From NCBI GenBank assembly GCA_964016885.1, contig CAXHJY010001738.1, positions 186,001 to 250,000 on the forward strand: DNA of 64,000 nt. The letters run 5' to 3'. Made by a program: the position numbers and the translations under genes. Below the pieces are notes generated by a model. It saw only the letters and a list, made by a program, of their open reading frames with translations, was not told the DNA's origin and ran no database searches. Below, piece by piece: positions 12,062 through 31,172 of the stretch (position 1 is the first letter of the stretch; each line of letters begins with the position of its first letter). Source of the stretch: Eledone cirrhosa (lineage: Eukaryota).

Positions 12062-12066
<5 letters not shown>
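11306..12066. repeat. ORF-less element with direct repeats of about 88 bp and an inverted partial copy
   Basis: 11511-11598 matches about 11980-12066; 11306-11369 is the reverse complement of their 3' part. PLE/retrozyme-like geometry, but no complete HHR core found. Confidence 0.7.
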
Positions 12067-12137
<71 letters not shown>

Positions 12138-12139
<2 letters not shown>

Positions 12140-12567
12140 CAATGTATTAATAAATGGAAACTATATTTATAAAACCATAATTATTTTATTATATATATTT
12201 CAAGGGCAATCAAGGCAGTTTTGGTGCGCTTTCATCAGATAAAATACAAAATTTGTTTTATAAATGTTGACATACCCGTAGAAAAGCAACCTTGATGGTT
12301 GAAGGTTCGCTTCAACCGTCAAGGTTGTTTTTCTACGAGTATGTCAACATTTTCTAAAACAAATTTTGTATTTTATCTGATGAAAGCGCACCAAAACTGC
12401 CTTGATTGCCCTTGAAATATATATAATAAAATAATTATGATTTTATAAATATAGTTTCCATTTATTAATATATTGAACATTTACTCCAGTTATTGTTGAG
12501 TGCTTTATATCGGTTATAAAACTTTTAAGCTTGTTGAATTCCAACAAATTAAATATAACTTCTGCAT
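12138..12567. mobile_element. Fold-back pair of family A terminal repeats, HHRs at 12182-12246 (-) and 12369-12433 (+)
   Basis: Arms are symmetric about GAAG-GTTCG-CTTC (about 12307). TATTTTAT-CTGATGA-AAG..CTT-GAAA-TATATA-TA-ATAAAATA; homologous to 1591-1790. Confidence 0.9.
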
Positions 12568-12579
12568 ATATATATATAA

Positions 12580-13090
12580 AACATGAGAAGAAAGAATACT
12601 GCGTGGTTGCACATGGGTTACATATGATAAAAATAGTCCTTCATCAGTGATTTTCCAACCTTCATTGGTATTTCATCGCTTTAAAAATCATATACCTCCA
12701 GTTGGTGCGAGCAATAGCTAAATAAAGCTATTGGGACAAGTAAATCGCGTAAAGCGAGCGAGACAAGTAAACAAACATAGAAGGATAGGAACGTAAAGAT
12801 AGGAAAAAACAAGCACATGGGATTTTGGTCAGCTTAAACTGTGTGGATTTCATGGGCGAGAGAGACAACAGACCGTCCGACGCGAGTGAGGTGTGAGCAA
12901 GAAAGGACCCCACTTCAGGCCAAACGGGGGGAAGTGAGAAGGGGCGAAGCAGAGAGTGAGTGAGTGGAAGTGCGAGGAAGAGGCCAGTCGAGAGAAAGTG
13001 TAACTGACAGAGGGGGCGAAAGAAGGTGAGACAAACAGAGAGAGCGGGGAAGCAGTAAGAGAGAAACAGACAAACGCAGCTGGGGAAAAT
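12580..13090 (-). mobile_element. Diverged monomer of the 5783-6903 family, atypical HHR-like core at about 12636-12737
   Basis: Minus strand GTCC..TCGCACCAACTGGAGGTATATGATTTTTAAAGCGATGAAATACCAATGAAGGTTGGAAAATCACTGATGAAGGAC aligns with 6121-6221. Confidence 0.75.
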
Positions 13091-14070
13091 ATATATACAT
13101 ATACATATATATATATATAAAGAATCAAAAAGAACAGAAAGATGCAGTAAAAGAGATTTATTCGGTTCTAACGTACGTTTCAATAGACATCAATTTGCCT
13201 AGATCTCGCTGCATCTATAATATTATATAGTTAGTAGAACATTCGACATCCAATGCACAATCGATTCCATATCATCAGAGATTATATTTACCGTACCAGA
13301 ATGTTCAGGTTTTTATAGGAATTCATGTGAAGTTGAAGTAGAGAAGAAGGAGGATGTGACAAAGACGAGAGAGATATATGTACGGGTAAGAACATTGGTA
13401 ATAGCACGTCCAATGAGAAACGTTTATTTGTGAGTGCCTGTTAAAAACTCATGAAAATATACCGACAGGAAACTTGTTTCAGTTGGAGAAAATTAAGAAG
13501 TTGAAAGAACAGTTTAGCTGTCTACGTGCATTGTTCATAGAAATATTGTTGAGCCCCTTCTTTTCATACTCCTCTGCTTTGGCCTATTAGAGTCAATATG
13601 AAAGAGAAAGTCACAGGTTAAGTTGGCAGAAGGTTCCAGTGTCATAGCAGTAAGGCGTAGGCTACTTACCTCAAAAGTTCATTCGCACTCTTGTAACTAA
13701 GTTACTATTTCTTTCTACCCCTCTCGGTGCAGTCCCTTGCGAATTTCTAGCGTAGGCCTGGTGTAGATTTACACCCGATCCATCTGCCCGATGCACATGT
13801 CCGCTTTGTACGGCTTTTAGAGGAAGGAGTGACCAGCAGTACGTTGTTTGGTATTATTACGAAAAGGTGTAGCAGAGAATCCCGCATGAACTAACGGCTC
13901 AGGAGGAAACTGCTTACCTCGAAGATTCATTCGCCATCGTTCGTGTCAACGCTCCGTTTAGTTGGTATTTGTTGGTCTACAGTTAGATGAATGGCGCACA
14001 AAGGGTTATTGTTTATTGGCAAGAAGTTTTTTGAATAATGTAAGACGGGTTAAAACGGCCTACAATGTAT

Positions 14071-14179
<109 letters not shown>

Positions 14180-14195
14180 GATACATATATATATG

Positions 14196-14240
<45 letters not shown>

Positions 14241-14307
14241 ATGTATGCATATATATATATGTGTGTGTGTATGTATGTATATATATATATAATATATATA
14301 TATATAT

Positions 14308-14389
<82 letters not shown>

Positions 14390-14415
14390 CATATATTTTT
14401 ATGTGTATATTTATA

Positions 14416-14452
<37 letters not shown>

Positions 14453-14479
14453 GTGTTTGTATATATATATATATATTAT

Positions 14480-15757
14480 GTCAGGTCACCAGTTGGTGCT
14501 ACTGGTAACATGTATCCCAGTACAACCTGTCTCATGGTCGGGTCGTTGGCGACTAAACTGGCAACTCCACCAAGGTTTCTTGGTGAGGAGGGTGACTTTG
14601 GACATCCTGCAGGACTAAAAACAAAACCTGTCAAAGGGCAAAGGAGCTCTTAAGAGTCAATGGCCATCCAAAATCACCGGGAGAGATGACCCCTTAGCCT
14701 TTGTCAAGGCAGAATTCTAGGAGAAGGAAAACTCTGATATAACACCTGCAACCCTGATGGTATCCAATGATGTTGACTTGTTATTCTTTTTGGTAAATAT
14801 CATCTTGGTTAAGAGAGTGGGACTGGCTTTGTACAGTGCCTTTGCTCACTATAAAAGCTTCACGGCACAGGCATTGCTTTATATCTGGAGATCTCTCTGC
14901 ACTTGTCATCACATGGTACCATGGGCCCAGCACTATGTGTCAATAATTGTCACAAGTGTAGTGTTTGTACCAGAGTTTTCAAGTCGCTGGCTGGACTAAA
15001 AAGTCACACTTGTTCAGCGCATCGGTAAGGGTTCTCCTACATGGATATAAAGTAGTGGCCGTACTCGAAAACGAGTTGGCAGCCACCATGTATGTATGTA
15101 TACCTGTATGTACGTATGTATGTATGTATGTATGTATGTATGTATGTATGTATGTATGTATGTATGTATGTACTGGTAACATATATTCCAGTACAACCTG
15201 TCCCATGGTCGGGTCGTTGGCGACTAAACTGGCAGCCCCACCAAGGTTTCTTGGTGAGGAGGGTGACTTTGGACATCCTGCAGGACTAAATACAAAACTT
15301 GTCAAAGGGCAAAGGAGCTCTTAAGAGTCAATGGCCATCCAAATCAACGGGAGAGATGACCCCTTAGCCTTTGTCAAGGCAGAATTCTAGGAGAAGGAAA
15401 ACTCTGATATAACACCTGCAACCCTGATGGTATCCAATGATGTTGACTTGTTTTTCTTTTTGGTAAATATCATCTTGGTTAAGAGAGTGGGACTGGCTTT
15501 GTGCAGTGCCTTTGCTCACTATAAAAGCTTCACGGCACAGGCATTGCTTTATATCTGGAGATCTCTCTTCACTTGTCGTCACATGGTACCATGGGCCCAG
15601 CACTATGTGTCAATAATTGTCACAAGTGTAGTGTTTGTACCAGAGTTTTCAAGTCGCTGGCTGGACTAAAAAGCCACACTTGTTCAGCGCATCGGTAGGA
15701 GTTCTCCTACATGGATATAAAGTAGTGGTGGTACTCGAAAACGAGTTGGCAGCCACC

Positions 15758-15758
<1 letters not shown>
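14480..15758 (+). mobile_element. Two tandem copies of a ~600-bp non-autonomous bipartite RTE derivative (14480-15088, 15171-15758)
   Basis: 5' part has the RTE 5'UTR-like CTAGGAGAAGGAAAACTCTGA. 3' part encodes [17 protein letters not shown] (cf. RTE C-terminus [17 protein letters not shown] near 58360), followed by an RTE-type 3' end and a microsatellite tail. Confidence 0.85.
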
Positions 15759-15789
<31 letters not shown>

Positions 15790-15854
15790 GTGTATATATG
15801 TATATATGTGTGTATATGTATAAATGTGTATATATATATACACACATATATAAG

Positions 15855-17040
15855 TAAATGGAATAGAATGAAACGAAATTTAATTTCTCATTCTTAGTAC
15901 GGCACTTAAATGTAAGTATGTATGTATGTATACGTACAAACATATATGTATACAGACGTACTGTAGTATGTATATATATATACATACATGCACACTTATA
16001 TATATGCACGTATCGGTTTACCGAACATTTATTATAATGCTCGGTTTGTTTGTTTGTAAACAAACAAACAGCCCGAATTACGCCGTACAGTGTTTAGGCA
16101 ACCACGTCACCTTTTTTTTCAACACTGACACAGGAACGATGTACTAGTTTCAAGCTTATTAGCTATCGTCAGCATCGTATACCTTCCTGCCAGATGGTTG
16201 AACGTCTGAAAGTATATACTTTCTTTATGCATATTAACGGCTGAGCAGCCTAATTTGCATATCGAGTGAGTTCAGTCGGCCAGGCGCACCGAAAACGATA
16301 AATGGAAAGTATATACTTTCAGATGTTCAACCATCTGGCAGGAAGGTATACGATGCTGACGATAGCTAATAAGCTTGAAACTAGTACATCGTTCCTGTGT
16401 CAGTGTTGAAAAAAAAGGTGACGTGGTTGCCTAACACTGAACGGCGTAATTCGGGCTGTTTGTTTGTTTACAAACAAACCGAGCATTATAATAAATGTTC
16501 GGTGAACCGATATGTGCATATATATATGTGTGCATGTATGTATATATATACATACTACTGTACGTCTGTATACATATATGTATGTATACATACATACTTA
16601 CATTTAAGTAAGTGCCGTACTATGAGTGAGAAATGAAATTTCGTTTCATTCTATTCCATTTATCGCTTTCGGTGCGCCCGGCCGACTGAACTCACTCGAT
16701 ATGCAAATTAGGCTGCTCAGCCGTTAATATGCATAAGGAAAGTATATACTTTCAGACGTTCAACCATCTGGCAGGAAGGTATACGATGCTGACGTTAGCT
16801 AATAAGCTTGAAACTAGTACATCGTTCCTGTGTCAGTGTTGAACAAAAAGGTGACGTGGTTGCCTAACACTGTACGGCGTAATTCGGGCTGTTTGTTTGT
16901 TTACAAACAAACCGAGCATTATAATAAATGTTCGGTGAACCGATATGTGCATATATATATATGTGTGCATGTATGTATATATATACATACTACTGTACGT
17001 TTGTATACATATATGTATGTACGTATACATACATACATAC
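15855..17040. mobile_element. ORF-less 433-bp HHR unit (non-LTR retrozyme-like): one inverted plus about 1.7 tandem copies
   Basis: HHR ACGATG-CTGACGA-tAGCT aata AGCTt-GAAA-CTAG-TA-CATCGT at 16350-16392 (+), 16783-16825 (+, CTGACGT) and 16136-16178 (-). A fragment also lies at about 11370-11495. Confidence 0.85.
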
Positions 17041-17133
17041 TTATATATAAGCATATATGTTTATATATGTGTGAATGTAGCGAAGATAATACGTCAGCAA
17101 TGACGTGTTCGTCAGAATGTCGTTATGCAAACA

Positions 17134-17365
17134 GCTAGACATACAGACAGATATTATAAGGGCTCAATGGAGATCGATAACCAGCGCCTAACACCCCTTT
17201 AACAACAGAAAATTGAAAAATAAAAGCTGCAATTAGTATCTTTAGATCGCAAGGAATATATAAATGCAAGTTTGAAGTCAATCGGAGTAGAAATGTGGAT
17301 TTGTATAGACTTTGCAAAAATGAGGGGACACACACACAGACAACAACAGTTTTATATATATAGAT
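17134..17365 (+). mobile_element. Short Helentron/HINE-like element
   Basis: Starts CTAG, ends CACACAGACA..TTTTATATATATAGAT; shares AGACATACAGA.AGATATTATAAGGGC with about 60750. Confidence 0.45.
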
Positions 17366-17640
17366 AAAGTATATAAAGTATATAATGTATATAAAGTATA
17401 TAAAATATTACCGGTTTCGATGTATTAATAAAATTCATCTTATCAAATGTTGAGTATCACAATTAAAAAGAATTAATAAGAATTAAAAACTAAAAATTAA
17501 AGATTTAAAATTAAGTGTTGAGGTTAGTTTTCCCATCTTCCTTGCTCAAAGAATATGGGAAAAAGTTACAGCTAAATAATAGCAGAGAACATGCAATAAA
17601 AGTAAGACAATTGTGTTGTGATAGCATACATATCTCTAGG

Positions 17641-17900
17641 GCGGGTAAAATTCCTGAGATCCATGGACGAGTTCTCTCCAGTGTCTGTCCTTAGGGCATC
17701 AAACATATGTCAACCTTGGTCTTCCAGTGTGTCCATTAATCAGTGTGAACATTAATCAGTATACACTGGGGATGAAGAACTCAGAGATGTACGGTCAGCT
17801 CGAGAGTGGCACAGAGGAGACTGAGGTTAGCTGGACATGCTCACCGACATCCAGAGTTGACACTGCACTCAGTGCTCCTGTGGGAGCCACTGCATGGACA
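17641..17900. mobile_element. RTE-type LINE 3' fragment with internal inversion
   Basis: 17735-17900 is collinear with about 46210-46378; 17641-17733 is the reverse complement of about 46372-46521. Confidence 0.75.
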
Positions 17901-18106
17901 CACAGCATACATATAGGTGGTATATATTATAAGCATTATAAGATATATTAGTTATAGGCGAAGATATTTATGCAAAACGTTTTATAAAGTTCATGCAGAA
18001 AATGGTGATATCTGTAGTTGTGACGTGTGTAAGCAATAAGTATTGAATTGTACAGTTCAAACAGATATGTATTGCATGTTCTCTGCTATTATTTATATTC
18101 TTGTAT

Positions 18107-18297
18107 CGGTGGATTGGCAGTATCGGTAGAGGGTCGGACGCCATGTGTTGCAGCATGGAGTTACGCCCCTTTATGATCTAAGTTCAAATCCCGCCGAGGT
18201 TAACTTTGACTTTCATCCTTACGGGTTCGATAAAATAAAGTACCAGTAATACACTGGGGTAATTGCTGGCCATGTGCCAATAGTAGAAACAATTATT
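18107..18297 (+). mobile_element. tRNA-derived SINE (octopod type)
   Basis: A-box-like TGGCAGTATCGG, B-box GTTCAAATCCC, conserved CTTTCATCCTTACGGG.TCGATAAAATAAAGTACCAGT, (ATT) tail; four copies in the window. Confidence 0.85.
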
Positions 18298-18647
18298 TAT
18301 ATTCTTGATATGATATTCTTGATATAATGTTTTGTAAGTAATATTCCTTGCATATATCATATAGCTTTAAAACAGCATTTCTTTATAATACTTTATTACT
18401 ATCTTTTCATTATAATTATTTCATTATAATGTTCTTTTGCTCTTACTCTTTAATATATTGTAACTAGCGCTAACAATTATAATTGCTCTTCTCAAATATA
18501 ATGTATCTTAATGAATGTTCTAATGAGTAGGAATTTATCTATTTGTTTAAGATTGTATATGCCCCGATGATTCCAGACATATACCTGGAAGAAACGATCG
18601 TTATTAATTAAATGCATTAAACAAAAATGTGATTGTTATCAATATTG

Positions 18648-18723
<76 letters not shown>

Positions 18724-18728
<5 letters not shown>

Positions 18729-21700
18729 AATAGTGAATGGTAACAGCTAGAGTGGAGTTGGGAGGTGTTGGGGGTGTTTAAGGAGTGTTTAAGAAAGGGT
18801 TGTAAAAGTGCCCTCCTGCTGGTTCCATTTCCATAAATGACCTCTGGTGAATATAATGGCAAGATGTTTTTCAAATTCGTTTCCTATAGCTGAATCAACT
18901 ATCTTAAATTTATAAAGAATACCTTCAACAACTTTCTATATTAAAGATGAATTTAGGTGTGCTCTACTGGTGGTTGTGGTGGTTGTGGTGGTTGTTGTGA
19001 TGGTGTTGGTGGCGGGGGGTTGTGGTGGCGGTGGTGTTAGTGGTGGTGTGTGTGTGGGGGGGGGGGGGTATGATACATGTCTTTTGATAAAAATGGGATG
19101 ATAGCAAAGAGAAAACTAAGGATAGTTTTAGAATATTTGTCAGAAATGTACCGTATTTCCCGGCGCCAAAGAAGCTTCGTCCGCGAGGACACATGGTAGA
19201 TTTTTGAGACTTTTATGAAAAAAGTAGCGTCTTCGATGCTGGGAAATACGGTATGTTGTTGATATTGGTTTGGGAAGGAAAGTGTAGGGTGGGGGCGGAT
19301 CATGCTAGCTCACATATTTACTTCCCTATATGTAAACATACATACAGTCCATATACACATACACACACATATGTATATAAATATATATATAAATGTATAC
19401 ACACATATATACACATACATATACACACACATACATATATCTATACATATATGCATATATATATACATGTATATTCATATATATATTTATATATACACAC
19501 ATACATGCACACATATATACACACACATGCATACACACACCTACATACATACATATCTACACACACATATATGTATACACATCTACTCAAGTATACAATG
19601 GGGTGGGGAAGGAGTAATTAATGACACGTTATTGTACCTCCGATGGTTGTTCTTCCCTTCAAAGATCGAATGTTTGATCGGGTGTCCTCCACTTCTATTT
19701 GGATATTTTTCTTTTTTCAATATGAGATTTTTTTTAAAGAAAAGATAAATTGGGGAGAATCCCGTTATTTGAAGATGGAATACCATTTTTTTTTTTGTGT
19801 TTTGTACTTTCCAATGAAGAATTATTCTGTATATTTTCGGAAATATTCGTTGTCCGATCATATCTTAAAGAAGGGGGAAATTGTGAATTTTCCCTTTCCG
19901 CATGTCGCGAAGTGTTCATTGCATGTGGGTTTCTGACAGAGGGGTCTCTAATTTGTTGTTTATTTATGTACTCGAACTACGTCCTGTAGACCCTTTCCGG
20001 TTTCACCAATGTAGTATTCTTTACATTGTGGACCAGTTGCACAGTAAATCAAGTTTTTGGTTTTGCAATTCATGTTTGCATTAACTTTGAAAATCTCGTT
20101 GTTTTTAAAGGAGATTTTCCCACCCTCTTCAATGTATTCACAAGTTTCACATTGAGGGTCCCTGCATTTCTTAACTTGCATTGTTTCACTATCAAGCTTA
20201 AATTTTGCCTTGGTAAGCAGTTTCTTTAGGTTGGGTGCTTGGCGTCTACGATATATTATTTGTGAGTCTTTTATGAGTGCATTCATTTTAGGGGTCTGCT
20301 GGAGAATCGGGAGATATTTTTTAGCGGCTTTCACAATGTTGAAGTTCCTTGGATTGTGAGTGGCGACAAAAGGGATAACTTCTTTTACCTTTTTATTTTA
20401 TTGGTTTGTTTTTCTGGGATGTTCTGGGCTTTGGAGATGGCCGTGTTGGTTCATCGGATATTCTTGTCTTTTAAGGAACATTTTTAGTTCATATAATCTT
20501 TTTTCCTGTAGTGTGGGGTGTGTTACTATGGTGCAAATGCGTCTTGCCATGTTAACGGGAATGTTCCTTTTGGTATGTGAGGGCTGTGCTGTTCGGAAAT
20601 TCAAGTATTGGTGTGTGTCTGTGTTTTGTAAAATAGGTCTGTTTTAATATTTTCCCCTTCTTTAATGATAAGGATATCCAGAAACGGTAATTGCTTTTTT
20701 TTACATTCCATGGTGAATTTTACTGCTTCGTGAAGACTGTTTATGATGGAATGGAATCTTTGCAAGTCTTCTTGGCTTCTCTTCCAGAAGATGAAGCAGT
20801 CGTCTAGGTAGCGTTTCCAGTTGTGATTAATGTAGGTGGCGAAGTCATGACTGAATGTTTCCTGCAGTTTGGAATGTAATTTTGCCTCTAGGTGACCCAT
20901 AACGAGTGTTGCATATGTTGGGGCCATTTTGGTACCCATGGCCGTTCCTTTTATTTGTACAGTTCATTATCAAAAAGGAAGTGGTTGTTCTCCAATCCTA
21001 ATTTGAGTCCTTCCAAAATTAACTTTTTAGGGAATCTCTCTGAAATGTAGTCTGGGTGTTTTGTAATCCAGAAGTCAACAGCTTCAATTCCTAAGTCGTG
21101 TGGGATGTTAGTATATAAGCTCGTTATGTTAAAGCTGAATAAGATTGTGTCTTGGTGTACTTTCTTGGTGTACTTTCAGGAATTCCATATCATCTCTGAT
21201 GAAGCTTGGCACTTTTTTACATAAGGGTTTCAGTATGATGTCTAATGGGTTGCTTAGACGTTGTGTGCTTGAGGCTGGACCAGCAACAATTGGGCGTAAT
21301 TTTAAATCTGTCGGTTTTGGTACTTCAACATATGATGTATTTTTGCCTGTTATGTTGTTTTGGATTTCTCTGGACTTGTGAACTTTCGGTGAACCATAAA
21401 AATTGACGGCAATATTTGACTGTGCCGATCGTCGGAGGCAGGTTCCGTATTCTTACAGGTGTTTGTCTCTAACGGAGGTTTGAAGTTCTTTTTGTTTTTC
21501 ACTAGTGATTCCATTTTTATCAAAAGACATGTATCTTACACCCCATTAACCCACAACCACCACCAGACTACACCCAAATTCATCTTTAATATAGAAAGTT
21601 GTTGAAGGTATTCTTTATAAATTTAAGATAGTTGATTCAGCTATAAAAAAGGAATTTGAAAAACATCCTGCCATTATATTCATCAAAGGTCATTTATTGA

Positions 21701-21806
21701 AATGGAACCACCAGGAGGGCACTTTTAAAACCCCTTTCTTAAACACTCCTTAAACACCCCAACATCACTTCCAATTATCTTGCTGTTACCATTCACTAAT
21801 TTCTGT
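18724..21806 (-). mobile_element. Degraded PLE (RT + GIY-YIG at about 19840-21410) enclosed by diverged inverted repeats of about 235 bp
   Basis: AMGTKMAPTYATLVMG, WKRYLDD, LPFLDI, NMNCKTKNLIYC..YYIGETG. 18724-18960 is approximately the reverse complement of 21570-21806; whether the repeats belong to this PLE is not shown. Confidence 0.85.
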
Positions 21807-21820
21807 ATATATATATATAA

Positions 21821-21866
<46 letters not shown>

Positions 21867-22117
21867 CACTAGTGGTAGTGGTGGTGGTGGTGGGGTGGGT
21901 GGGTGTCATTGTAATGTTTGAATGTCTTAAATTTTTTTCAAGACCAGTAACATCGGTCACTAGTGTTGCTGCTGCTGCTACTGCTGCTGTTTTTGATTTC
22001 AGCTAAGCTAAGCTCGTAGCCATAGCAACGAGGGGGGTAGGGGTGTTGCGTTCAAAACTTTTGAATTTTGTTTCTCTTTTGATGTTTGTGTTCTGCTCAG
22101 TAGCTTTTCGACTTGTT

Positions 22118-22278
22118 GGTGGATTGGCAGTATCGGTAGAGTTACAGCCCTTTATGGTCTGGGTTCAAATCCCGCCGAGGTTAACTTTGCCTTTCATCCT
22201 TACGGGGTCGATAAAATAAAATACCAGTAATGCACTGGGTAATTGCTGGCCTTGTGCCTAAAGTAGAAACAATTATTA
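22118..22278 (+). mobile_element. tRNA-derived SINE
   Basis: Homologous to 18107-18297. Confidence 0.85.
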
Positions 22279-30037
<7,759 letters not shown>

Positions 30038-31006
30038 TTTTCTTTTTTGTTGTTTTTTAAATTGTTATTATCATGAGTGGTTCCTTAATGTGAGCATTGC
30101 GTGGCTTAAGAATGAAATTATTATTAATAATATAATATACTTTTTGTTGAAGTTGCCTGTTGTTGTTGTTGGCTATGTCGGTGGTGGTGCTGGGGCTTTT
30201 TCTATTGTTGGTGGGGAAGGGGGAGCCAGCAGTGCCATAGTCGTTGACGTTTGACCGGGTCACTAAGTCAGTCTATTTATATATTTTGCTAGCCTCTCCC
30301 TTGTCTAGTGATACCACCACCTTCCCCTTTCTTAAATTAACAGAAGGTAGTGGGGGAATAGTGGTGGTAGCAATGAAGGAGTGGTGGCGGCGGTGATGGG
30401 ATAGTGGTAGCAATGATGGGGTGGTGGCGGCGGTGACTATAGTGATGGCGTTGTCGTTACTGAGTTCTGTTGAATAGACTGTAGTAGTATGCGTTTGTTT
30501 GATCTGTATATCTATGCGGTTTGTCGCGTATGTTTAATATGTGTTGACATATTTTCTTAATATTTGAATTAAACATTTTGAGAAAACTTGAGATACAATA
30601 ATAGTAATTATTATTATGCTGGGATTGGTGGTGGTGGTGGTGAAATTGCCGTTATCTGGCTGTTGTATTTAGTGTACACAGAGGCGTGATGGGATAGGTG
30701 ATGTATCTAGTTTGTGGTGATGGGGAAATTGCTGTTATTTGGGTGTTCTATATAGTGTAGACAGACGGGGTTTTCTTCCATTTATAACCATTTTCTTTTT
30801 TTAATGTAAAATTTATAATACAAAATTGAATATTTGAGCGATATAACAGGATATTATGGATCCGAATTTTCTGAGAACTAAGCCTGGCGCTTTATGTCCC
30901 ATTTGTACTACGAATTGTTATATCACAATTGTTTTAAATATGTTAAAAATCAAAAACTTACGGGAGTGATTCCGTAACACTCTATCCACCACGTGCGTCT
31001 TCTTCC

Positions 31007-31045
<39 letters not shown>

Positions 31046-31106
31046 GTTATCATTATTATTATTAATATTGTTGTTATTATTATTATTATCATTGTTGTTG
31101 TTGTTG

Positions 31107-31170
<64 letters not shown>

Positions 31171-31172
<2 letters not shown>

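Noticed and set aside
18107-18200. tRNA gene
   Set aside because: Has A/B boxes but no cloverleaf, and is followed by a SINE body present in four copies.
18560-18605. CCGATGA..GAAA-CGATCG-TT
   Set aside because: Core U4 is mutated and stem I is absent; counted only as a degenerate relic.
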